Positions 48,176 to 62,200 of a DNA stretch of 64,000 bases are shown one piece after another. The position numbers and the translations under genes were made by a program. The notes under the pieces were generated by a model, which worked only from the letters and a program-made list of their open reading frames with translations, was not told where the DNA came from and ran no database searches. The stretch's first letter is position 1. Each line of letters begins with the position of its first letter. The stretch is taken from positions 15,440,001 through 15,504,000 of the forward strand of contig OZ076409.1 of assembly GCA_964187785.1 (NCBI GenBank), in the 5' to 3' direction. This DNA is from Amphiscolops sp. MND2022. Taxonomy: Eukaryota.

Positions 48176-49900
48176 ACCTAAATCGAAAACAGGAATAGGA
48201 ATAAGACTTGAAATAAAATTCATTTTCGGGAATAAGATCTAAAAATTTAGGTCTTATTCCTACTTCATGGAAAAGGACCTATTAGCGGAAAAAGATCTAA
48301 AAACCGGACCAAGACCTAAAAAATGGGAATAAGACCTGAAAACGAGAATAGGACCTAAATGCGGAATGAGAACCAAGGGGAGAACGGAATAGTCTTTAAA
48401 GGAATAATATCTGAAGTTTTTTAAAGTATAAAACGTGCCTCTGATATTTCCCTATTTCTTCTAGTGCCCCGCGGCCCCTTGGGGCCGCCTATGTTCCCAT
48501 CTTGCTAAGAGAGGTCGAACAGGTGTAAAGACCGAGGAGCGATCGTAGTGGGAACTGGTCTTTGCGACGTTGAGGGCGAGCTTGCATACACATCAAATGC
48601 CCCACATATGATATTTTCGCTTTCAGAAAGTCCATATGGATTGAATTTACCTTCGCAATTTAGACTTTTAGTACCACCAAATGTTTTCGTCAACCCAAAC
48701 CCACGGAAAGAGGGCCAAACCCCCCTACCTGCGCATGCGAACTGTGTGGTGACAACTTATTACCGTTACACTCCATCACATGTACAGTTTAGTTTTCCCC
48801 AAATGGAAAGAATTAAAACACTCTGGTTCAACCCGCACAGTCCAATCACGATGATTTAGTTTTTTCTTCCTCTTTCAAAATGTTACTAATAAAAGGACCG
48901 TGCGAACTTTAAATAACTAATAAAAGGACCATGGTAAAAGCGTCTTTATGAAATGGAATTAGCCCGAGTTGAAGCATGGGCAGTCAAAAAAAGATAAGCA
49001 AGGTGCCAGAACGCTGCAAGCTACAGAGCCTCCATACAGTGTCAATAACGGTCCCCTGAATGAAACAAGCATCAAGTGGAGGAGAAATTTATAAATTAGG
49101 GCATCGTATCATAATTTTAAAAGCATCGACTGTAAATTTATCGCGAGAATCACCAAATTAGGATCGTCGAGGTAAGTCACGACAACCTTCCCTCTTCAAC
49201 CATTGTAGAGATAGATGATTCGTCAGTTTGACGGCGAGTAGATCTCGATGATTTAGTTGTTTATTTCTGGTTATGATCTTTATAGTTATTTACTTTACTT
49301 TATGATAATTTTATTTAATCCAATTTCCATTTCATTACATAAACTACTCATTGTTTTAGTCTGTCATGACGTAATTTGTTTTTTTTTCGCAGATCTTATT
49401 TCCGTCCTGAAATTTTACATCTTGTTCTCTTTAGATCTCATTCTTTTTTTTATTTGGGATCCTATTTTTTAGACCTACTTATTCCCCGCTTCAAACCAGA
49501 AGGATGTTATTCCTTACACGTTATTCGCGCTCCTAAAGAATAATTTTTAGATCTTATTCCACCCTCTAGAGAACAAGATCTAATATTTTAGATTTTGTTC
49601 CCTTTAGATCTTATTCCTTAGTGGGTGGAATAAGATCTAAAATTTTTTGATTTTAGATCTTATTGCCCCCTCCAGAACCAGAGTGGAAAAGATCTAAAGA
49701 GTAAGATCTAGAAAACGGAATAAGATTTGAAAGAGAAGGGTCCAACGGAATAAGGTATAAAACTTTGGATATATCTAACTTCGACAAAGGGAATAAGATC
49801 TAAAATTGACTTGAGTAAGATCTAAAATTCCAAAATAGAAAAGCCAGGGAACCGGAAATCAGACCAAATAAAAATACCTAATGGAATTAGAACTAGCATG
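48176..49900. repeat. Older fragments of the same gaataagatctaaa TIR family
   Basis: Many gaataaga(t/c)ctaaa / tttagatcttattcc motifs; 48420-48610 duplicates 46108-46320 including palindrome gcggccccttggggccgc; MULE-TIR-like piece at ~49846-49900. Confidence 0.6.
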
Positions 49901-50251
49901 CTGCGTCTGAGAAGACTGAGTAGTTCCGATCTAAATCCGAAGGTTTGTACCCTAATGGCTAATGTGCTAACCTCAGTTCTCGGATAAAAAATGCCGTTTT
50001 TGTTTGAGCTGTTACTTGAAACACTTCAGTGACAGAAGTTCAGGTGGACTTTAACGGTTTTTTAACGACAATAGAATACATCTTTCTACATTTCATCTTT
50101 CGGTGGTATTACCAATGACTAAAAACTCAAGTTAAAGATTTCATTTGTTTGAAAAATGAATGTTCCTGTTGCATTTTGTTTCCAGATTTTTTGCTACACT
50201 CCTAATATACCATGGAGCGTGATGTATCTGGTGCTATTAGATATTAAATAG

Positions 50252-53200
50252 ATGGATGATGTTCTGTTCTCTCGTCTTAACCAAATTGGAGCCGATTCCG
50301 ACGCCCTGAGAGCCAAAGGATGTGATGAGAACGTTAGTTGATTTTCTATCAAGTCATGATATGCTTTTTCTAGTAAAGACAGCCCATTCATTATACGAAG
50401 ACTTTGAATGACGAGGAATCTTACGGGTTTAAGTGCTACGAATTATGCTAGCCTTTGTACAACAATTCTGAGACGCTCTGAACAAAGTGAAGCCATGTCT
50501 TCGTGCGCTAAATTCTCAAGGTCTTCTGATAAATTACCTCTGTTGGAATTTTTCAAAAACATCGGCCCAATTGTCTTTGGGAGTAGCAAGCTCGTAGCCC
50601 TATACTTACTTTAACCAACGGAAACAATTTGTTTGTTCGCGTGGATAAACCAAGCTCTAAATTTTTGGACATTGCAAGCTCGCCTACCACTGTGGTAGGG
50701 CCAGCCATGTTTTGTAAATTACTTTTCACAGTACTGGTTGTTGACAATGCTTCAGACAATAGACACACGGAGTCGGCAGGTTTTACCTCCAATTCGAGTA
50801 GCCCCATCTCCTGTACCGCAGTTCCGATACAGGCGAACTAAGAAAGCCGCTGTGCATTATGCAGATCTGCGTAGTGATCTTGTTCAAAAGCCGTCCGATG
50901 AGCAACACAGCATCCTAGAAGATGTGGCCGCCAAAGTTAAATCGAGGTCTGAAGTTCTGGAATCTAGAAATCGAAGCCAGCAGAAGACACCCAGTCGTGT
51001 CAGCTCTGCCAAATCAAATGTCTCCGATGACGACATTGTGAAGTCACTACTCGCGGAAGCAGGTTGGAATTTCTCATACAGCGTTTCCTAAATTTGCATC
51101 CGGTGAAGTTAGCTCTATTTGTGACTCTATTTCAAGTAATTTGTTTTTTTTTTGCCGAAATAAATGGCAATTGCGCAAGCATCTTTTAAGAAACCTTCAT
51201 AACAGTAATTGAACTGAAACCAATACGTTGCAAAACTTGCCCAAATAGAGGTCGCAATGGTCTGAAAATTGGTTTTACAATTCAGCTGTAAGAATAGGAC
51301 ATTGCTTGTATTATAATAATATTCCTGCTAAAGCAGAAATATTAAAAATAGAGAAATTTAAAAACTATTCGTATACTATCACCTGAGCTCATGTATATTG
51401 TAACTTCTTTATGAATGCCATATCAAACAAGTCTCTGCTGCAATTCGATAGAGACTGTCAATCGAAACGTTCAAAATTCTGAAAGAGACTACGCTGGGCT
51501 AACAAGTGGAACGATAAAAATGAAAGGAAAGCAGCATTTAGAGAATATATGTATTTTCTTAGGCAGAAAAGAAGCAATTGGATTGTTGATACATTCGAAC
51601 TTGAGAAGGAAACAGTCTGAAAACCCCTAGTGGGCTTTTTTCAAGAAACTGGACAGTAAAGATGAAAGAATACCTGTTGAAATAACAAAAATGTATAATC
51701 ACTTTAAAAATCTCAATTCCACGAATGTTTGCTCTCAAACCTGGAATTTGGACATAAATCTAAATGATAAATTGAACAAAGCCTTAACAGAAAATGAGGT
51801 GATTAAATGTATGAAAAAAATTAAGAACGGTAAGTCATCTGGTCTCGATAATATTTATCCGGAGTTTATCAAGTATCTTCCCGACTCCCTAATAAATGTA
51901 ATAACTAAATTCTTCGATCGAATACTAGAAACGACTGAAGTACCTGACGAATGGGCCATCTCAATCTACCAACCCGTTTTTGAAAAAGGTAACAGAAATG
52001 ATCCAAACAACAACAGGGGGATCTCGCTTTCGAGCTGCCTATGTAAACTTTTTACTGCGCTTCTCACTGAAAGGATACAAAATGATCTAGAAAAAAGAAA
52101 TGTGTTAGGGAGAGAACAAGCGGGATTTAGAAAAAAACATGGGCTGTACGGACCAAGTTTTTCTTTTAACATCACTCATCTCACTATACCTGGCCATTAA
52201 GGAAAATTGTTTCTGACTTTCATTGATCACGAGAAAGCATTTGACCGTGTTGACCACGGCTTATTATGGAAAAAATGCAGTCGGTCAACATACATGCAAG
52301 AGTGTTGGAAGTAATAAGAAACCTATATCAGAAAACGAAAGTATGTGTTAGAGTCAATGGAGAACTTACAGACGCATTTAAATATCGAATGGGTGTACGA
52401 CAAGGGGACACATTGTTACCTCTTCTGTTTATAATTTACATTAATGATTTTAAAAATTCTATTAGTCGGAAGTTCTCAGGAATCGAACTGCAGTCAGAAA
52501 CTAGTATAAATACGGATCTCTCAGATCTCGAAATGTGGGTAAAGATGTACGCTCTTCTATATGCAGATTATATCGTGCTTATGAGCGAAAGTGAACTTGA
52601 TATGCAAAAAGAACTCGACGCAACAGCAGAATACTGTATGGAAAACAATATGAAAAGTAGTGTTTTTGAGACAAAAATTTATGATATGTTCACTTGGGAA
52701 AGTTAGAACATATTCCGATGTCTTTGTGTATGGCACACCAATTGAACGTGTTGATTCCTTTCTGTATTTGGAAATTGTTGTCAAGATTAATAACACTTTT
52801 CAAACAACCATAAAAAACAATGTGGACAAAGCTAAAAAGGTATTAAATAAACTAGCAGTCTATTCGGGTAAAATTGAATTAAGAAACACAACTACATCTT
52901 TTCGACGCATTGATCAAGCCTATTTTATTGTACAGCTGTGAGGTGTGGGGATATGAAAATGTCGAACAAATTGAAAGTTTCCACCGAAATTTTTCTGAGA
53001 AATTACGAAATAGGAACGGTGCCCCTAAAGCAATGATTTACGGTGAATTAGGAGACCAGAGATGAAGTTTTCAATCTGGCAAAGAATGGCAGCCCACTGG
53101 AAAAAAATTAACATGAACAGTCCCCCCGAAACATGAAACTTCCCGATATGATTCTCAAATGGCTAAACTTAATCAACTATGAAACTAAGTGTTTGCAAGG

Positions 53201-56200
53201 TGTGAAAAACATACTGATAAACTGCGGCATACCAACTATTGAGAATTACGTCAACTACGTTAATGACAATGAGTTTAAATAATATATCAAAAGATAGATA
53301 CTGTGAGGATCTTGCTAACCAATCCTGGCAAACAATGATGCGCGCAACGCCTAAATGTGAATGTCACAGCATATACAAACGAAAGGCCGAATTAGAATTG
53401 TACATTCGCAAACTGAATCTTAAAAAAAGGATAGGACTGACCCATTTCAGGTGTGCACCTATAACTTTACCAACGGTAAAAGACAAGATACTAGGGAACG
53501 AAAGCAATACATGTCCGTTCTGTTGAGAAAATTGTAAAGCCGACGAATACCACCTACTGCTAGTTTGTATTTTTTTTCAAACTGACCGTGAAAGACTCTT
53601 GCCGCAATATTTCTGTAACTACCCGAATTTGATAAAATTAGACCAGCTGATGAATACCGTGAAAGTTGATAACTTGAATAAACTCTCTGTTTTGTGCTGA
53701 ATTATCTGCAATGCTAGTGCTTCCATAACTGGTGTTAATCAAACTTATTTAAGTCTGTAATTTGTACGCCCTCGGGCATCAAATTAAATAAATTTTCTTC
53801 TTCATGCGTTTTCTAATTCGGTTTAAAATGTGATTCTTTAAAAGTAGTGTTTTTTGTTGCTTGAAAAAGTTTTTTTTTCACTTTTGGAAGTTTTCAAACC
53901 AATGGGTGCAAACTCAGCAGCTGTAAGTAGAAATCTGCAAAAAACTTGAAGTGAGATTGGTCATTTACAGATAAACAACTTTTCGAGCTGCGAACAAAAG
54001 AGAAAACGCTATGGCAGCATTCAGCGAAGCCTTCGTCTCGAGCAAGCTCGGCTGTGGCAGACTCTTCTGTGATTCTGTTGAGGAACAAAACCAACTTGTA
54101 TGATGACGATATTCCTGACAACAACCGAGACGTCTACTACCATATAAGGAGACTGAGGACTCCGTTGAAACTCCCAGTAGACTTGCCCCGTCATGGTCCT
54201 AAAGTCAGAGACGAACTGGAAGCCTTAGAACGACTGGTAAGTTACCCGAAAACCAATTTTTTTCTTACTAATGAAGTTATGTAGATTTCCTGAGGTTAGG
54301 TATATCTGCATATCGATACTGATACTTCCTGACCCAAAGCTTTCAATTTAATAAATTTCAATCAGTTGCCAATTTTTGTTAATTAACATTTAACATTTTT
54401 GCAATCAAACAATGAAATGATTTCATTTTCTTGATTGCTTAAGGAGGAACAAATCTTCGAAGCGAATGAAGAAGACGGAGGATTCGTCTACTGTTTGCCG
54501 AAAAACAGGAAAAACCAGAGGGCCCGTTATGACCCCTATGACCTGGAAGTCGTATCCCCAGAAGAAGCCAGGAAGTCCAAGGAGGTCTTCACAGTGTCCA
54601 TGACATGCGTCACATTGGTTAGTTTGGAACCCTTAAAAAATTGGGTTTCAATAATTTTCAAGGAAGTATTTTGGAAGCTCAAGTAACTGTAGTAAAATTG
54701 GAAGTAACTGTAGTAGTAACTCCAGTAGTTGGAGAACTATAGTAAATGCATAGCGTTTTTCTGTTGATGGTTTTTTGACAAAAAAAAATTGTCGATTTCA
54801 TTGGATCATGTTTATTATTTTAGTTGCTCTCTTTTGCCAAAAGAGAGCAACTAAAATAATAAACATGATCCAATGAAATCGACAAAGTGGAAGAACTCGT
54901 TGTCAAAGTATGTTTTTTTTTCAAATCTTTGAGCTGCACTTGCTGCTTTCTAAGTTTAAATTGTATTCTACTGCTTATTCCAAGTTACCCCCTCGTATTG
55001 TTTAACCCTAATTAACCTGGTGGTACTTTGAAGCAGCCTCCCATTTTTTTTCAATTTCTGATTCCTTCTGCCAGCAGCCCATTTTCTCTAGCACAGTTTT
55101 TTTTCAACAGTCCATTGGTACCTAGATTGGTTTGATTGGCCCAAGCATTAGGAAAAGTGAATATGTCTCCAAAACTGAGAAAAATGAGTTTTTTGCACAA
55201 AAATTGTTCATTTTTTTCTAAATTTCAGTTTTTGGCGAAATCCAGTTTTCTCGAAAAATCTTGACCCATAGCAAAAACTAACCCCATACACTTGCACAGC
55301 AAGTTCTTACGCAACAAACCCCAATAATATTCTGTTGTTGCCACAAGCCCCCGCACAGCGGGCCGCACGAAGCGGCGGTACCGGAAAAAGAAACTAAAAT
55401 TCTGAAGGAGGGGGCACGCGGTGAAAGGCACTTACTTGACCAAAATGAAAGCCCAATACCAGACCTTTCAAACGCGCTATAGTTCGTTTCTCTGGTACGC
55501 GTAGTTGTGGAGATATTAATTATTTAAAAACTTTAATCCGAATTTTTGAATTTTTGCAAAAATGCCCAGGTCCATTAGGGTTAAGTTTTAAAATTGACTA
55601 GTGGAAGTATGTATGGAATTGAAAATTACTAGAGAAATATTCAGACCACCCCTCCAATGCGAACCTCTTTTTACGCGTATCGTCAAGATTCGGTGGAATC
55701 CGTTTCTAAATGCAACTTCAACTGTTGATAGGTCCTGCAGGATATTTATCTATTTTCAAGGTGAAGTTAAATCCCGATGGCACTCCTTGGTTTGTGAGGA
55801 CTTCTGTGCTTCGATGGATGTATGAAGCTCGTCTCTTCAAACTCATCTTCGACAAATCGGTGTTTGTCAAATTCAGAATCTGGAAGACGTTCAAGCTGTG
55901 GCGAGCTAACGTTCGCAGCAAAAAGAAAACTGAGTTCTGGTTAGTTTGTTGCAATATCACTTCGAAAAAAATTTAGACTGAAACAAAAAGATTTAGGAAA
56001 TCAATTTTTACAGTACTTCAAATTCAAAGTCAGGTTTTAAAAGTCATTTTCATAATGAGGCTTTTTTAGTTGGCGCTTATCGGAAGAAAATGTGTCCGAA
56101 TTATAAGATTTTTCTTTTATGGACAATTTTTACACTGAATGACTCTTTTTGTACCAACTTTACGTACGCCTCCGAGGCAGTACTGAGTCAGTCGAAATAG

Positions 56201-59200
56201 TATTAAAAAGTTGATGAGGGATTATTCTTCTCGTCTAAGAGCATTGAAATTACGTTATACAAAATTACTTTTCCCTTCGCACTAGTTGCAATTGCATGGG
56301 AACTTTTAAGGGAAGCAACTTTTATGTGAAGTTTATTTTTTTGGCTAGTTCAAAAGGTTTTATGAAGCTGTTGTGTTGCTCTGTCGTCGTTGGCTTGCTT
56401 CCAATCTGTATTTGTTGTTCGAGCTACAATGGGGCGTCGCATAACAATATCTGCTAAAATACCACTTCACAGTGCCTCGATTCATTCTGTTTTTTTTTCA
56501 GAATTTTACTTGAAATTCGGTTGAAGTTTCATAAAATAAATTTTTTGATGAAATCATGAACGCTCAGATTCATTTTTTGCTTTTGTGTCAGCCGGAATTT
56601 TTATTATTTCTACGATAGCAGTAGCAGGAATAATGTAGAAATCTGAAAACATCACGTTTTCTTTCAGACAATTTTTTAGCGATTCCGAGTACCTGCTGAA
56701 AAATTAAGATGTTTTCTCCGGCAGTGCGTATAAGTGAGATTTAACTTTCTCAGGCTGCCGACGACAATTCGTTTCTCGTGCGATGAAACGAGCGAGTGGT
56801 ATTTATGCTTTCGTACGCCGAGTTATTGAGATGAAGCGGACGAGTGTTAATTATTCGCCGAGAGCTTTGCCTGCATTTAAATAAGTGTAAGTGAGTGTAA
56901 ATGAGTATAAGTGAGGTTTAAATTTTTCAGGCTGCCGACGACAATTCGTTTCTCCTGCGATGAAACGAGCGAGTGGTATTTATGCTTTCGTACGCCGAGT
57001 TATTGAGATGAAGCGGACGAGTGTTAATTATTCGCCGAGAGCTTCGCCTGCATTTAAATGCGAATGCGAATCTTAGTATACGCTTAGTAGTTATATTTTC
57101 TTTAGTCCGAGAAGAATTAAAGGCGGTGTAAACTTGTACATGTAATTGTGCGCTAAATAATGATTTAGCAGGTATTCAGTATTCCAGATATGCTTCTTTT
57201 ATTGAACATGAAAGCCTAAAAGCAGAAATAATACTGTGCCCCGCAGTGACCTATTTTATTACAATGGCAAACGATAGTTTGTTTTTTCCCGACAGCAATA
57301 TGTTGAAGAACGTTCAATCTTTCTCGAAGAAAGCGAATTAAACTGGCTCGCACCTGTTTTTTAGTCGGCGCATTTTAGTAGAAAATGTGCCCGACTATTA
57401 CAGTGGGTAGTTTTTTTAGACACGAAAGTTCCACTTTTTTGTTCATTTGTTCAATTACGTCAAACCTCAACAACTTCGAACCTCAACAAGTCGAACCGGA
57501 AAAGCGCGAACCTGAAAAACGAAAAGAGGAAACAAAACAGACGTCCAGAACCTCGAAACCACACTAAGGATCCCTCCTAGCCCCACTTTTTTCGGCACTA
57601 TGCGACTTTTTTTGAAACTTTTTGGATTGCACCAAAGGGTCCCCCTTCATTTTTTTTCGATATTTTGCAACACAGTGGATGTCAAAAAATCCCAAAGGGT
57701 CCCCCCTTTTACATTTTTCGGCACTGTGACACTGTTCAAAAATCTCAATTTTCAAAATTTTCTGGGAAATTTTTTTTTTTAAGTCATCAAAGGGTCCCCT
57801 TCAATTTTTTGTTTATTTTGCAACCAGCTGGAGTTTCACGTAGCCCGAAGGGTCCCCCCTTTTACAATTTTGAGCCTTATATATAGCGCCGATTTTGGCC
57901 GTTCTCGGCTTGTTTTTACAGAAGGCGAGTGATTATTTGTTTAACTAGTTATTTGTTCTGGAATCGAAAAGGTTACTTTGGACCTTTTGATGAACGAACC
58001 ATTAGACCAAAGGTTCTCCCCTTTGGGGGTTTTCGACACTGCGACTTTTTCTGAAGTTTTTTAAAACTCAACCTTTTGATTTTTAAAGGAACAAAGCGTT
58101 TTCGCGAGCATAGAGGGTTTTTCTATACTGTGCGATTCATCAAGGATTTTTTTGTAACATTTGGTTTTTGATGTTTTCTGTTAAGGAAAACCGATCTCCG
58201 AGTCTTGACCTTGACCTCTTTCGTTAAAGATGATCTCTCTGGGACTGAAAGTTTCATCAAAGATTGTGAAAAATATTCGATTTTTAGGTAGAATTTTTTA
58301 CTGGTTCGCTGCTTCGTTTTTCTGATGTTTTCAGTTTGTAAAGCGCGTTTTTCGAGCCTCAATGGACACACCTTTGAGTAATTTCGACACTGTGTGATTT
58401 TTTTTGCACCCGAAATTTTCGGAAAATACCACAATATCGGGATTTTGTGATATTTTCAGTTACGAAATCATTTTTTAAACCCGAACCAAAGATATCATAG
58501 TGCCACCCACTGCACCTCTTGTTAGCATTTTCATGCTTGTTGACACTGTTAAAACTACGAACCTGGTGGTTGTTTGCAAATTTTGTCATTCATCCAAATT
58601 GAAAATTTAAAGGACATTTGAAATCGGAGTTATTCGGTTTAGCTTGGTTTGTTTTTCGGAATCAATAAATTTTTTGAACACTTGATCTTCCATTATACAT
58701 TTGTCAGACGAATCTTCAATCCATGAGAGGATATGATTGCGACTAGGGAAACAATTTTTGAACATGCTTCAGCATCCTTCACTCCACGTTTGTTCATTTA
58801 GTGCTGTCATTGGTCAAGAGCTGTTAACTAACACTGAAGTTCTCCTACTGTGTGTACAAAATGTGCGGACTCTGTGTCAAAGAGCCTGCTCTAGTAACTC
58901 CACACAGGATTTGGGATCAACAGAAGTCTGTCTCATTAAATTGGACCCAAAAGATACAATCTGGTTGGCTGACTTTATGTCCAATCAACGAGAACAGTGT
59001 TCAATTGCTCTGGAAAAGCTGCTCAAAATACGCGAGGAGATAGTCCAGTTGGCATATAAAGCATGCATGGTTAGTGACATGCAAATACTGAGACGACGTT
59101 TTCTGCAGCTTTTCTTTCGGTAAAAGTCTTTTGCTTTCTGATGGCCTGCTTTTCCTTTATGGTGGAAAAATTACTTACAATCCAATATTTCTGGCAACAG

Positions 59201-62200
59201 AACGTTTTTCAGATTTTGACAAATTGCTGAAAAAAATGGAAAGAACCACATTGAATCTGATTTTTCAATCTCATAGAAATCAAAAGTTTAAAAACTTGTT
59301 GCTTTTTTGACCAAATGAAATGCTACTGGGGAGATGAATGTCCGCTTTTTGTCCTTACCATATTCACGAATTTGTTAACCAACTTTCAGGAAACCATTTC
59401 CAAAGAACTATTTTACCTTCAATTTCGCAGCTGAAACAGTCTTATGACCTTTAGGAAAATCTGTCATTATTTCTACCATCCTCTATGATCGTTGCAATAA
59501 AATAAATTCATCATAAAGCTGTTTTGTGAAATTTAGAACGTGGCTCAAGACGAAGCCAGATCTCACGGCATTGACCCTTCTAAACTCATCCATGGACAGT
59601 TCGACTTCTCTAAGCACAAGAGGGAGTACAGTAAGTTGAACATCATCATTTTTAAAATTTCGGTAGCCATCTGTAGGAATGGCAGAAAGTCACAAGATTT
59701 TTTTTTAATTTCACGGCGCAATATATGAGGGATTCGGGGCAATTCAATGCTGAATTTCATGTTAACTTTTGAATAACATATTAACCTTAAATACATGAAA
59801 ATTCACCTTTCGTCTTCATTAAAATCAAGTAACAGTATGTTCCATAACGGATTTCTGGATAATCTACTTCTACCATGTGATTCAAAGAATTTAAGTAGAT
59901 AAAAACGTGTAACTCATTGAATGTCAGCTTCGAACTTCACTAAAAGTCTCATAATCTATTCATTGGCTTTTACTCTCAAACTTCGCTTGTAAGACTTGAT
60001 TAGAGGAAATCTTGGAAGTATATGTGTTGTCGACACTGGATAGATCATGAGACTATTTGTTTAATTTCAAAAATGATATTCAATGACTGATTTATATTTG
60101 TATTTTTCTCTTGAACGGATTGGTTGATTGGCGTTCCAGCTTCTCCATACACTGAACTGGCAGTATGGAAACACATTTTGAGACGACTGAGCAAATTCCT
60201 GCGAATTCTCGACAACCAGATGCTTGATCTTCTTCAGCGACTGGTTGTGAATGCTACCAAATATCTCTGGTCTCACATCAACGGAGGAATAGAGAATGTC
60301 AGACGTAGGAATATATTGCTGAATGAACAAGTTGGTTCCATTTCATTGCACGTAGGGCTTCGCTAACAAGAGACACTTCAGCCCGAGTATTCAGGAAAGG
60401 ATCATTTGCATGGAAATTTCCATAAAATATCCACCTTTTTCTAATCCTTATAAGGAAGAATCCAATTTCTTACAGGAACTTTTTTCTCAAGGTTTTCTCG
60501 CTTCGCTACCAATAGACAATTCAGCCCGAGTATTTAGGAAAGGAACATTTGCTTGGAAATTTCCGTACAATGTCCGCCTATTTTTTAATCTTTACAAGGA
60601 AGAAACCAATTTCTTCCAGGGACGTGTTTCTCAAGGTTTTCTCGCTTTTTCGATGCAAATTGATGCATTTTCTGAACCAAAAAATCGTTTTAATTTTTTT
60701 TGCGTTTTGCATTTCCTACGAAGGTATCTTGCAAGTTATGTGTTTATGATTCATGTCACACTCTCGGTTTAAAATGGAGATTTAAATCACATAGTGTTCG
60801 GCTCGCACATGATAATATTCATTACTTTCCTTGTAAAATTTCGGATTTTTTGAACGACATGCCTCCGGGTATGCTTGGGGAGGGGATGGGTTCTTCAGGA
60901 GGTGCAACTTGGGGGAGGGGCTATGCTTCATAAGGTGACATATTATCAAGGTGTTAATTGAAATTGAAAATTTAAAAAAAATTGAGCAAGACTTGAGAAA
61001 GATGAGATTGAGAAGGAACCAAAAATATCTGATATAACTCAATTTACTCCTATTTGTGGAATGAAGTACCGTAATAAGTATAGTTAGAACTCGAATATTT
61101 GAGCGAGCGAATTTAGATATGACATGAAATATTTGCCAGTAGCGTCTTGGACAATTAGGCAATTTTCTGCCCAATTTTATGGGGAGCCTGTTCTTCATGA
61201 GGAGCAATTTGTGAGGCCTGTTGTTCATAAGATTCGAATTTTTTGTCTATACCTTGCTTATAAACTTGAAAAAAAATTATTTTAGGCATTAAACGATGAC
61301 GAAGATGCTGATTTGTACCCTCTGCCGAAGTTGAAGGCATCTGGTTTCAAACGATCTTTAGGGCCCGAGGGGTTTGAGCAAGCGAAGACACCGAAGAAAG
61401 ATGAATACACTGCGCCTAAATTTGACTTCACCGTTTCAGAAGAACCTCAAACTGAAATTGACATTGATGCTGTAAGTTGATGTTTGAGTAGAATATGAAC
61501 TTTCGAAAACATCGCTAGGTAAGAACACCAATGATTGAATACCAAAATATAGTAAAGACCAAATGGCTTCGCAATGACCGAATAGCCTGATTTCATTGCG
61601 TAATAGTACAATTATTGCAGATTTTGGGCTCAATTGTCCAGAAAGAGCAAGAAGACGAATTGCCGGAACCTCTGTTCAATGTGAGACTGGAACTCAATGT
61701 CACACCTCTGCGCACACTCAGCTCTAGAATTGTCCGAAGTGTTGGTTCATCACTCTTTTATTTACTTAACAGGCCTGTCAAGCACTGGGATGTTTTGGTC
61801 ACCCAAATCGAAGATAAAAGTGTACTTTTCGTCACTTTACAATGCGCTACACCCGCGAAACTGAATCACTGATGCAATTTTGATAGGTTTTATTGAAACT
61901 TTTCGATGATCAAATTTAATTCTGAGTCAACACTATATACAATATATATGCCGGTGATATGGTAACGTTTTATCAGAGTGACTGTGGATATGGTTTTTCA
62001 GTTGACGGAGTAAATTGGGATATTTATTTTCAACGAAATTACTAATTTGCAGTGGTTTCGTTTGCAGTTCCGACGATCTTCCGACAAGACATTGTTCCAC
62101 TTGGAAGCAGAAAGTGCCGGTTTAAAATTCCGGCTGGAGTTTTTTAAAAAGCTTTTGGAAGAATACTGACAGTAGGTACGATATGTTGTTAATCGTTGTT

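Noticed and set aside
50194..50807. Divergent minus-strand gene at the dynein 5' end
   Set aside because: Could not build a consistent spliced frame; the region is explained by plus-strand dynein exons.
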